Positions 23,501 to 34,900 of a DNA stretch of 64,000 nt are shown piece by piece. The position numbers and the translations under genes were made by a program. Every line of letters begins with the position of its first letter. Within the stretch, counting starts at the first letter, position 1. Location of the stretch: positions 66,933 through 130,932 of the forward strand of contig JAAOMT010000591.1 in assembly GCA_016748015.1 (NCBI GenBank), read 5' to 3'. The notes beneath the pieces are model-generated. The model made no database searches. It was not told where the DNA came from and worked only from the letters and a program-made list of their open reading frames with translations. The stretch comes from Geosiphon pyriformis uo1. Taxonomy: Eukaryota > Fungi > Glomeromycota.

Positions 23501-26500
23501 AACTGGGAAACCCACAACAATCAGGACAAATTATCAACAACCTGGAAATGGGAAGAGAATAAAAAAAAAAAAAAAAAAAAAAGAAAAAGAAGAAAATTCC
23601 ATACCAACTTCTATTCACCCTACATATATGTACACAACACCACAATCAAGCTATCATTATCCAAAACTCATATGCATCAATTGTGGCAAGAAATTGTTGT
23701 TAATGGGTGTGTTGTAGTGATAAGGAAAAATATTCAACAGTGACCAAATTCTATTGCCACACATGTGTCATAGAATGCTTTGGATGTCCAAAACAAAAAA
23801 GGAAATAGGACAATGAACTATGCTTGGCTTGTGGAAAAACTTTTCTGGACAAAGGAATGTGGAATGACATTCCTGGGCAAGGAGGAATGTGTGACAAATT
23901 ATGTCAATACATAATTCTCATAAGCAACTGGATAAGAAAAGGAATGCCCATAGATGCCATCTGGAGACAAGCTGTCAAATGTCTGAACAAATGTTCACAC
24001 GACAATAATGAAATCTGGCAAATGGCACTTGCCAAAATCAAAGAAGTGACCCCAAAAGAAATAAAAACAATCAAAGACAACCCACCTGAACTTATAAAAC
24101 TTGACTGAGACCCAGAACCAGTTATAAATCTACTAGATCCAGAACAATTCCATAAACACTACTAGGAATTAGCACCCACTAAAGAGAAACAAAAGCAATA
24201 GTTGGAAGAAATTAATACTTGGCTATGTGACCATTGTTTAATTTTCTGTGACTTCCAATATTGTAATGAGTGTGATCTCATTTACAATCCACCACCACAC
24301 ATGATTTACACAATCCCAGAGGAAAAAGAACTAATCAGCAGCTGTGCATCAGAATTGGAATCAGTTCCCAATTCTGATTCAGACTCTAACAATGATGATG
24401 ACAAAAATAATGATTCCAGTTCCGTTTAAAATGGCAATAACAATGACAATGATTCCAATTCAGATTCAAACTTCAATTCAAACTACAAACAATATATTGT
24501 ACTCCCTGACCTTACTAAGAAGCAGGAACTAAAATGGTTCAGTAATAATAATGAAGGTATTATGCCAGAATGCGCACATAATACCAATACAGAGTTTGAT
24601 CTGAGATATCCAGGGAAAAATCTTATCAACATTTGCATACTTGCATTAATCTGAAAATAGCACTGGAAATTCCAGCAACAACAATGGTTCAACTAGCATC
24701 CAGAAGTAGTTTAGTGAAAAAGGGAATTAACATTAAAAGAGAAATAATTGATACAGGATACATAGGAAATATTATTGCTATGCTACAAAATGATTCAAAA
24801 AAAGCATATACCATAGATCCAAATGAAAAGATAGCACAGGTAATATTCCTATCTCTGGTAAAAATAGCTCAATTAATGTCAATGAGAAACAGGAAGAAAT
24901 TAGGGATTACAGCTAAAGGGATACAGAGATTCGGATCAACGGGTAGAATAAATATATCAATCAATATAGCAGAGGAAGAAATTGTTGACAAAGGAGAAAT
25001 TATCTCAACTCGTTAAGTAATTTTCATTCCATCATATGACCAGTATATGTTAGCTATAAAAAGAAAAGTGAAAAATCAAGCTCAATTGTTTGAAACAGAA
25101 GCCACCATTTGTGAATTAGAAGAGATTAGACTCACCAATCTCTACATTTCAGCCAACAGCTCCAAAAATATTAAAATTTCCATCCACAACACAACTGAAA
25201 ATGTCATTGAAATACCAAAGGGAACCATTATTGGATATTTAACCACTGAAGTTGAGGATCAACCACCAAACCACATTCCAGATTTTTCACAACTGTGTGG
25301 ATATGTAGACATTATATCACAAACCATCTATGGACAAAGTGAATGCTATCTGCTCTAACCAGAACAATTGGAACAGATAACATGGAAAATCTAGACCCAC
25401 TCCAACAGATGCAACTAAAGATGTTACTCAGCAACTTCAATGATATCTTTGCTAACGAAAATGAATTTGGCCATACCAACATCATCTAACATCAGATCAA
25501 AACTGGAGATGCAATGCCAATTAAACAAAGAACATACAGAGTACCACCAAATTATTTGTCAAGAAATCAATCGAATACTTAACAATAGGCTAATTCAGCC
25601 ATCAATGAGTCCATGGTTGTCATCAGTGGTACTAGTCTGGAAGAAGAATGGAAAAATTTGCTTTTGTGTAGATTACTGGAAATTGAATGAAGTAACCAAG
25701 GGAGACAGCTACTCAACTCCAAAGATCCAAGAACTATTCAATGCTTTTGAAGGAAACAAATAGTTCTCGATACTGGATCTAAATAATGGCTACTGGCAAG
25801 TAGCTATGGATCCAGCTGACAAAAAAAAACTGTATTTACAACAAAAGAAGGGAATTTCGAATTTGAAGTCATGCTATTTGGCTTGATGAATGCTTCAGCA
25901 ACATTCCAATGGCTCATGGAAATCATATATACTGGACTACTATAGAAATCAGTAGTTGAATACTTAGAAAACACCAATGTATTCTCAAAAACATTCGATG
26001 ATCATCTGTATTACCTCCAGCAGGTGTTTGAAAGACTAAAAAGAGCCAGATTGAAACTAAATGCAATAAAGTGTTTCTTTGAAAAAACTAAACTCAAGTT
26101 TTTGGAACATGTTGTAAGCAAAGATGGTATCAAAACGGATCCAGATAAGATTGCAATAATAAAGAACTTTCCAGTACCAACAAACTTGCCAGAACTAAGG
26201 ACATTTTTGGGATTTGCAGGCTATTATTGCCACTTTATCAAGGACTTTTTCAAACTAGCTCAGCCACTTCACTATCTACAAACCAAAAATATGAAGTATG
26301 AATAGACTGAAGCTCAACAAAAAGCATTTGACACATTGAGAAGAAAGCTTATTCAAGCTCCAGTGTTAATGTATTCAGACCACAGCAAATCATTCATCAT
26401 CACTATGGATGCATTAGGTCAAGTATTGGGAGCAGTACTATCACAAAAAAGACCAGATGGAAGAAAACATCCAGTAGTTTATGCCAGTAGAAGCTTAAGT

Positions 26501-28171
26501 CCAGCTAAAAAAAACTATGGAACTTCAGCATTGGAACACTTAGCTATTTATTGGGCAGTCATGAAATGGAGAAAATACTTGAGCCAAAAATTTGAAATAT
26601 ACACAGATCACAAGGGACTGATTTCAATTCAGAAACAAAAATTTGCAGATGATTGCCATGCCAAATAGAAAATAGAACTTTCATCATTTAACTATACAGT
26701 ATATTATAAAAAGAGAAAAGATAATAGAAATGCTGATGGATTGTCACAAATGAGACAAATCTAAAAACATTCCAACCCAAAAATATAACAAAAGATGAAT
26801 ATACAAAAATACCAACAACTACAACATTATATAAAGACTCAATTGTTCAAGAAAAAATTATTTCAAAAAGAACAAAAAGACATAAAACAACAATCAAAAT
26901 ATTTTATCAACCATCAAAATATACTTTACCAGAAAAACAAGAGAAATCCAGATCAACCAACCAGAGTAATCACAGAACCAGAAAAAGAGACAATATTATT
27001 CAATATGCATTCAGACCCAACAGCAGGGCATTTTCACAAAGAAGCAACCATAGAAAGAACTAGAAAAAGATACTATTGACCATCAATATATTCAGATATT
27101 ATCTAATATGTGCAAAATTATGATATTTGTTAGAGAAAAGGAAAAGCAAGACCAAGTGAACCATTAAAACCAATCAAAGTGGGACAATCATTTGATCACA
27201 TTGGAATTGATTTAGTCAGACCATTAACAATCACCAGTAGAGGCAACAAATATATTGCAGTAGTCATAGACTATCTCACCAAATGGCCAGAAGCAAAAGC
27301 CATTCAAAGAGTAGATGCAGAATCCATTGCCGAATTTGTTCATCAAGATTTGATTTGTCGACATGGATGTCCAAAAGAACTATTATCAGATCAAGGAACT
27401 TACTTTGTAAACAGAACACTGGCAGAATTAAGTCAAAGATTTGGAATTAAAAGACCATTATTATCACCATATCATTCACAAACCAATGGACTAGTTAAAA
27501 GATTCAATAGAACATTGTGTAAAGCAATTGCCAAAATCAGTCAAGAAAACCAAGACAAATAGGATTTGTTTATACCATCAGTATTATTTGCTTATCAGAC
27601 AATGAAGCAAGATATCACACAAACAACACCATTTGAACTAGTATATGATAGAACAGCAACATTACCAGTTGAGATAGAGGTCAATACATATTTAACTGAA
27701 CCAATAATAGAAGATAATTTTCAAGAAACATTGTTGAGAAGAACATATGACTTAATGGAAACACTAGAAAACAGACAACAAAAAGCAGCTGACAATATAC
27801 AAAAGTTACAAGAAAAACAAAAAGAGAGACACAATAACCAACTATCAGACAAACCAGTTGAATTCAAGATTGGAAACAAAGTACTTTTACATCATACTAA
27901 AGTAGAAAAACAATGGAGTGGAAAATTTGACCCCAAATGGGATGGACCATTTTACATTGAAAAAATTCTTAGAAATGGAGCTTACAAATTAAGATGGGAC
28001 AACAAAATCTTAGCCAAAGCAGCACATGGTGATTGACTGAAACAATATCACCAGATAGCATCATCATCTACTAATAACATTCCACAACTAGGAGTACAAA
28101 GAATACTAGTTCAACCAGATGAGATTCCATGAGATTTGGAACCAATTATAGTTATTGAACCAAACACGTAA
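20576..28171 (+). pseudogene. gag-pol of B: leader, capsid, CCHC knuckle, protease, Cys-rich insert, dUTPase, RT, RNase H, integrase
   Basis: CYYCDKQGHLQFEC, LILDSGLAGSII, CFCVDYWKLN, FLGFAGYY, VVYASRSLS, IGIDLV..IDYLTKWPEA, KWDGPFYIE. Many stops. No chromodomain seen. Confidence 0.9.
24535..24950 (+). pseudogene. dUTPase domain in pol of B
   Basis: Decayed trimeric dUTPase motifs FDLRYP, LASRSSL, IIDTGYIGNI, KIAQ, GIQRFGSTG. Confidence 0.85.
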
Positions 28172-28230
28172 AATCAAACAACCAGAGAGTATATAAAGAC
28201 ACAGTATACACAACAAAAGCAATCAAGAAA

Positions 28231-28866
28231 ATGGAAATACCAAATTATTTTCACACTATAGCTCAACAACTATTCTAGGCCTTAAGTCAACAACAGTTAG
28301 ACATGAAAATTATCATTAACAACCAAACAATTTGCTATCAAAACACTAAAAAAAAGACAAAAAACACACCATATTAATAGGTACCAAAGAATGATAAAAA
28401 CTGGTCAGATAACATAATAGAAAAAGTAAAGAACACGTTTAGGAAAATATCTATTATAGCACCAACAGAAGAACTTACAAAAAAAAATTGGAAGCAATGG
28501 ACAGAACAACTTCCAATATCATACTGTTACTACCAGTTAGGTCAGAAGTTGAATATTCAGGAGTTGTATATTGACAAATCTAAGAGAATATTCAACCAAG
28601 ACATAATACAACAAATTGAAAAATTTATCAGAAAGAAAACAAATTTAACACTACATGTTAGAACAATGTACCGACTACACAACATATTTTGAAACTATCC
28701 AGAAATACTGTTACACTCTGACATAAAAACCATAACCATTAACCAATGAGGAAGAATGAACAATATACAAGTGGAAGATATAAGAAACAGAGTCAAACAA
28801 ACAATACTTGAAAAAGAAATATTAGAATTAATTCAAAATGAAGATTTTGATGAAGCTCAATATTAA
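28231..28866 (+). pseudogene. accessory ORF3 of B (unknown function)
   Basis: TATATAAA at 28190-28197, ATG 28231, ends EAQY* at the PPT. Homologous to but clearly diverged from the A/C ORF3. Confidence 0.8.
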
Positions 28867-31236
28867 AAAAGAGGAGATAATATTACTCATAGAAAAAGAA
28901 AACAGATATAAGAAAATAGTAGACCAATAGAAGAGTAGTAGTTAGCACATGAGCACATTGCTCAGCAATGTGGAGTGATGTCAAGAAAATACAGCACATT
29001 GCTCAGCAATGTGAGTATTGCTTAAGAAATTATAATACATCACTTGGAAATGTGAGCAATTTCATAGAACCCAAATTATGTATATATAGTGGTAGCATTA
29101 GAAGTAGAAAGGACAGACCTTTCAGTTTAGATTTAATCTAAGCAATCTTCCATTCACAAATATCAATAAATAATTATTCACCATCTCAATTCACTCTCTA
29201 CTATCAACATGAAGTGTTGATAGTAAGTGATACTTAACCACACAAGAACAATAGCTCTTGATCACAGCTATTAATAGAATACTAACTTGCAATTGTTTTT
29301 GTTTATTTCTTTAATTTTTTTCTTTTATTTCTTTTGTTTTGTCATTTCATTGGTTTTACTAAACTTATTAAAAATTAAGTGCTGAGTTATTGACATCAAG
29401 AATAGCCTGGTAAAAGACCCCAAAGAAAGAGTATAGAAATTGAGAATTTAAAGATAGCTTACTAGAAGGGCATCTCTGCTAAGATTACTGGCCATCATGC
29501 TGAGAAAAAAATTCGACAGAATTGTGATTCTGGGAGGCTATGAGAAAAACAACACTTGAATCTCTGTCTATTATACAAAAGACACCACAACAAAAATCTT
29601 CAGATATCGACACCAGAATACTAACCCAGCACCAAGTTACAGATTTGTTATTTGACTTGAAACCCCAAATAATCATCTGTAACAACGTCATAGAGACTGG
29701 TAAAAGACCTGTGAAACAAGGGTAGAATATTCATAGATTTGAGAATAGCTTACCAGAAGAATTACTGGCCACCATGCTAAGAAAAAAATTTGATGAAACT
29801 GCAATTTCAAAAAGCTATAAATAAAACAATCAATTAAATCTTTGTCTATTATACAAAAGACTCAACCAAAACCTTCAGACCAACAATACCTTTAGATCAA
29901 TACTTTGACATCAATTAAGCATCAAATTACAGATTTGTTATTTGATTTGAGACCCCAAATAATCATCTGTAATATTTGGTGCTCTCTGTAAGATATAATC
30001 CTACAGAAAACCAGCACCAACTACAATCATTCCAAAAGTGGCAGAAACAGAAATAATAGGGACAAACCATTTAAGATTTGCCAAATCCTTATTCTAACAG
30101 TACAGCCAACAATTAGGACTAAGCAACAATTATTATTCAGCAGAATTAGCCTTCAATTTTTACATCAATAAAAGAATCAAAGATTTTTTAGGAATACCAG
30201 TTGACATTAAATCAGCAAGGGAGAATTTCTACACAAAAGTAATCCAACACACCAGCATATCACAAAATCATAGTTTCATACCAATCATCAGGGAAATTAA
30301 TCAAACCATTAAAAGATACACTCAACAACAATTTCTTATTACCTATATAGACAAAAACATGGTGTTACAAATAATTATTTGGGGTCTCAAATCAAATAAC
30401 AAATCTGTAACTTGGTGCTCAATATCTTGATAATGCTGGTAATACTGGTATGTTGGTTGTATCTGAAAGTTTTAGAATTGAGTTCTTTGTATAATAGACA
30501 GAGATTCGATAATAATGTAGTTGGTAAGTTGTTTTCCCAATTTCTGTTTTCAGTGTGGTGGCTGGTTTAATCTGGCAGTCGTGCCCTTCTGGTAAGCTAT
30601 CTGTTAATATATATATTCTTACCCTTATCTCTGGGTTTTTTACCAGGCTATTTGTGACATCAATAATTCAGTGCTTTAATTCTCAATCAATTAGTACACA
30701 ACAATAAAATCAAAACAAAAAAGAAAATAAAAATAAAGAAAAAGACAAAAAAATAAGTGAAAGTAATTGCAAGTTAGTATCCCGTCAATAGCCATGATTA
30801 AGAGCTATTGTTTCAGTGTTTTTTTAAGTATCAATTGCTATCAACATAAAGTGTTAATAGTGGAGAGTGGATGGAGATAGTGAATAATTATTTATTTAAT
30901 ATTTGTGAATGGAAAGTTGCTTAGATCAAATCTAAACTGAGAGGTCTCTAACTAAATAATTCTGTTTTTTCTACTTCTAACACTACTGCTATATATACAT
31001 AATTAAGATTCCTCAATTCCTTAATTTTTTACACCAGGAATCCTGAAATTCCTTGAATCCTGCAATTCTTTTGAGAGAAATCCTGGAATTCTGGAATCCT
31101 GCAATTTTTTGTATAAGAATCCTGCAATTTCTTTAAGAGAAATCCTGGAATTTCATATTTACTGTGCCTACTTCTGATTGGCTAATTTATGCTAGTATTC
31201 TTCCTATATTTTATGAGTAACATTATTCCCTCTTTT

Positions 31237-31903
31237 TTAATATTGAGCTCTGTTGAGATTTTCCAAATCTCCTAGCTCTAATTCTCTATTTTTGAGTAGT
31301 TTTTGAATCTCTTTTTTGAGAATTATTTGTGTTATTTTGTTTTGTAATTCTTCAAATTGGGCATTGGTTAATTTTCTTATTTGGTTAACAGTAACAGTGT
31401 CTATTTTAGTGTTGAGCAAGATTTCTGGCTGATCTTGAAATCCAGTATGTAGCCAATAAATGGCTTTTGCTTGTGTGGTTAAATTGTTTTCCCCACAAAT
31501 TGTTTAGTTGTTGTAGTATTGTTGTGTCAAATAATCGTTTTATCTTATCTGTGTATAGATTTTGAATGTTCATGTGTTGTCCCAAGTAAAAGTAACAAAA
31601 GTTTCTTGGAAATTGTTGTATCCACCAATTCCATGTTTCTATATTCAACTCTTGATATTGGGTGACTTTGGGTTGTGTTTCTATCACCAGTTTCACTTTT
31701 GCCATTATTTTGTCAATAGTGTTTTCTGTTTTCCTCTGTACTTTATCCCATGGCCTTTTTTTAGTGTTTGTGTATTTGATAGTTTGTTGATTGATTGTAA
31801 TTTCCATTTTTTGTTGTTGAATCAATTGAAAGAGTTGTTGTGCTAGTAAGTGAATATTGTTAATAATTTCCATTTTTCTGAAGTCTTCCATCATGTCTAC
31901 CAT
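31237..31903 (-). pseudogene. accessory ORF3 of C
   Basis: TATATAAA at 31907-31914 (minus). MEIINNIHLLAQQLFQLIQQQKMEITINQQ...FCYFYLG...VTVNQIRKLTNAQFEEL...RAQY*. One frameshift. Confidence 0.8.
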
Positions 31904-31932
31904 GTCTTTATATACTCTTTTTATTGTTCAAT

Positions 31933-34900
31933 TTTATGTGTTTGGTCTGATGATAATAATTGGTTTCAGATCTTGTGGAATCTTATCTGGTTGTACTAGT
32001 ATTCTCTGTACTCCTAATTGTGGAATATTATTGGTAGATGATAATACTATATGGTGATATGGTTTCAATTAATCACTATGTGCTGTTTTGGCTAAGATTT
32101 TGTTGTCCCATCTTAATTTATAAGCTCTATTTCCAAGAATTTCTTCTATGTGAAATGGTCTGTCCCATTTGGGATCAAATTTTCCACTCTATTGTTTTTC
32201 CACTTTAATATGATATAAAAGTACTTTGTCTTCAATCTTGAATTTAACTGGTTTATCTGATAATTGGTTATCATGTCTTTCTTTTTGTTTTTCTTGTAAC
32301 TTTTGTATGTTGTCAACTGCTTTTTGTCATCTGTTTTCTAGTGTTTCCATTAAGTCATATGTTTTTCTCAACAATGTTCTTTGAAAATTTTCTTCTGTTA
32401 TTGGTTTTGTTAGATATGTTTTGACTTTTATCTCAACTGGTAATGTTGCTGTTTTATCATATACTAATTCAAATGGTGTTGCTTGTATAGTGTCTTGTTT
32501 TATTGTTCAATATGCAAATAGTACTGATAATATGATTAAATCTCATTTGTCCTGGTTTTTTTAGCTGATTTTGGCTATTGCCTTACACAGTGTTTTGTTG
32601 AACTTTTCAACTAACCCATTTGTTTGTGGATAGTATGGTGATGATAGTGGTTTTTTTATTCTAAATCTTTGGCTTAATTCTGCTAATGTTCTATTCACAA
32701 AGTGAGTTTTTTGATCAGATAATAATTTTTTTGGACATCCATGTCAACAGATCAGATTTTGATTAACGAATTTGGCAATGAATTCTGCATCTGCTCTTTG
32801 AATGGCTTTTGCTTCCAGCCATTTAGTAAGATAGTCTATGGCTACTGCAATATATCTGTTGTTTCTGCTGGTGATTGTTAATGGTCCAACTAAGTCAATT
32901 CCAATGTGATTGAATAATTGTCTCACTTTGATTGGTCTCAATGGTTTACTGGGTTTTGTTTCTCTTCTTTTCTAACAAACATCACAATTTTGAACATATT
33001 GGATGATGTCTGGATATATTGATGACCAATAGTATTTTTTTCTGGTTCTTTCCATGGTTGCTTTTTTATGAAAATGTTCTTCTGTTAGATCTGAGTGTAT
33101 GTTGAATAATATTGTCTCTTTCTCTGGTTCTGTGATTACTCTGGTTGGTTGATCTGAATTTCTTCTGTTCTTTTGGTAAAGTATATTTTGATAGTTGATA
33201 AAATATTTTGATTGTTGTTTTATGTTTCTTTGTTCTTGTTGAGATAATTTCTCCTTGAACAATTGGGTATTTATATAATGTTGTAGTTGTTGGTATTTTT
33301 GTATATTCATCTTTTGTTATATTTTTGGGTTAAAATGTTTTTAGATTTGTTTTATTTGTGACAATTTGTCAGCATTTCCATTTTCTTTTTCTTTTTTATA
33401 ATGTACTGTATAATTAAATAGAAAGTTTTATTTTCCATTTGGCATGGCGATCATCTGCAAATTTTTGTTTCTGAATTAAAGTCAATCCTTTGTGATTGAT
33501 GTATACATCAAACTTTTGGCTCAAGTACTCTTTCCACTTGATAACAGCCCAATAGATAGCTAAGTGTTCTAGTGCTGGAGTCCCATAGTTTTTTTCAGTT
33601 GGATTTAAGCTTCTATTGACATAAGCTACTGAATGCTCTCTTTTATCTGGTTTTTTCTGTGATAGTACTGCTCCCAATGCTTGACCAGATGCATCAGTTG
33701 TTATTATGAATGGCTTGCTATGATCTGGATAGATTAATATTGGAGCTTGAATAAGCTTTTTTCTTAATGTATTAAAAGCTTCTTGCTGAGTTTCTGTCCA
33801 TTCATATTTGATATTTTTTGTTTGGAGTTGATGTAATGGTTGAGCTATTTTGGAAAAGTCCTTGATAAAATGGCAGTAGTATTCAGCAAATCCCAAGAAT
33901 GCTCTTAATTTTGTAAGATTATTTGGTACTGGAAAGTTTTTGACAATTTCAATTTTGTTTGAATCTGTTTTGATTTCATCTTTGTTCACAACATGTTCCA
34001 AAAACTTGAGTTCAGTTTTTCCAAAGAAACATTTGGTTGCATTTAGCTTTAATCTGACTCTTCTTAGTCTTTCAAACACTTATTAGAGATAATGCAAATA
34101 ATCATTGAATGTTTTTGAGAACACATTGGTGTCATCCAAGTATATGACGACTGATTTTCATAGTAGCCCAATATAAACAATTTTCATAAGTTACTGGAAA
34201 GTGGCTGGAGCATTTATCAAGCCAAATGGCATTACTTCGAATTCAAAGTTTTTTTCTTGAGTTGTGAAAGCTGTTTTCTTTTTGTCTTCTGGTTTCATGG
34301 CTACTTGTCAGTAACCACTATCTAAATCCAGTGTTGAAAATCATTTATTTTCTCCAAAAGCATTAAATAGTTCTTGGATCTTTGGAGTTGGATAGCTATT
34401 ACCTTTAGTTACTTCATTCAGTTTTTGATAATCCACACAAAAATGAATCTTTTCATTCTTCTTTCAGACTAGTACTACTGGTAATAACCATGGACTCATT
34501 GATGGCTGAATTAGTCTGTTGTCAAGCATTCGGTTAATTTTTTGACAAATGATTTTATGGCTGGTTGGTAGTACTCTATATGCTCTTTGTTTTATTGGCA
34601 TTGCATCTCCAGTCTTGATCTAATGCTGGATTATGCTAGTTCTGCCAAATTCATCTTCACTGGCAAAGATGTCATTGAAATTGTTGAGTAACATCTTGAG
34701 TTGCATTTGTTAAAGTGGGTCTAAGTTTCCTAAATTTATTTGTTCTAATTGTTTTGGTTAGAGCAGATAATATTTGCTTTGTTTATAAATGGTTTGTAAT
34801 GTGATATCCACATATTCACAAAGCTGTGGAAAATCTGGAATGTAGTTGGATTGTTGATTCTCAACTTCAGTAGTTAAGTATTTGATGATGGTTTCTTTTG

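Larger units (their letters stand above)
19629..29684 (+). mobile_element. Ty3/Gypsy element B (dUTPase-bearing), full length, inserted in the 5' LTR of A
   Basis: LTRs 19629-20512 and 28881-29684. PBS TTTGGTGCTCCCTGTGAGG 20513-20531. PPT 28865-28880. TSD ATGT/ACGT. Confidence 0.95.

Noticed and set aside
20576-28171. Alternative genetic code or programmed stop readthrough in the TE ORFs
   Set aside because: Stops fall at different positions in paralogous copies and match C>T/G>A changes. The host genes read normally in the standard code.
28231-28866. ORF3 as an env gene
   Set aside because: It is in the env position but short and hydrophilic, with no signal peptide, fusion peptide or TM anchor.
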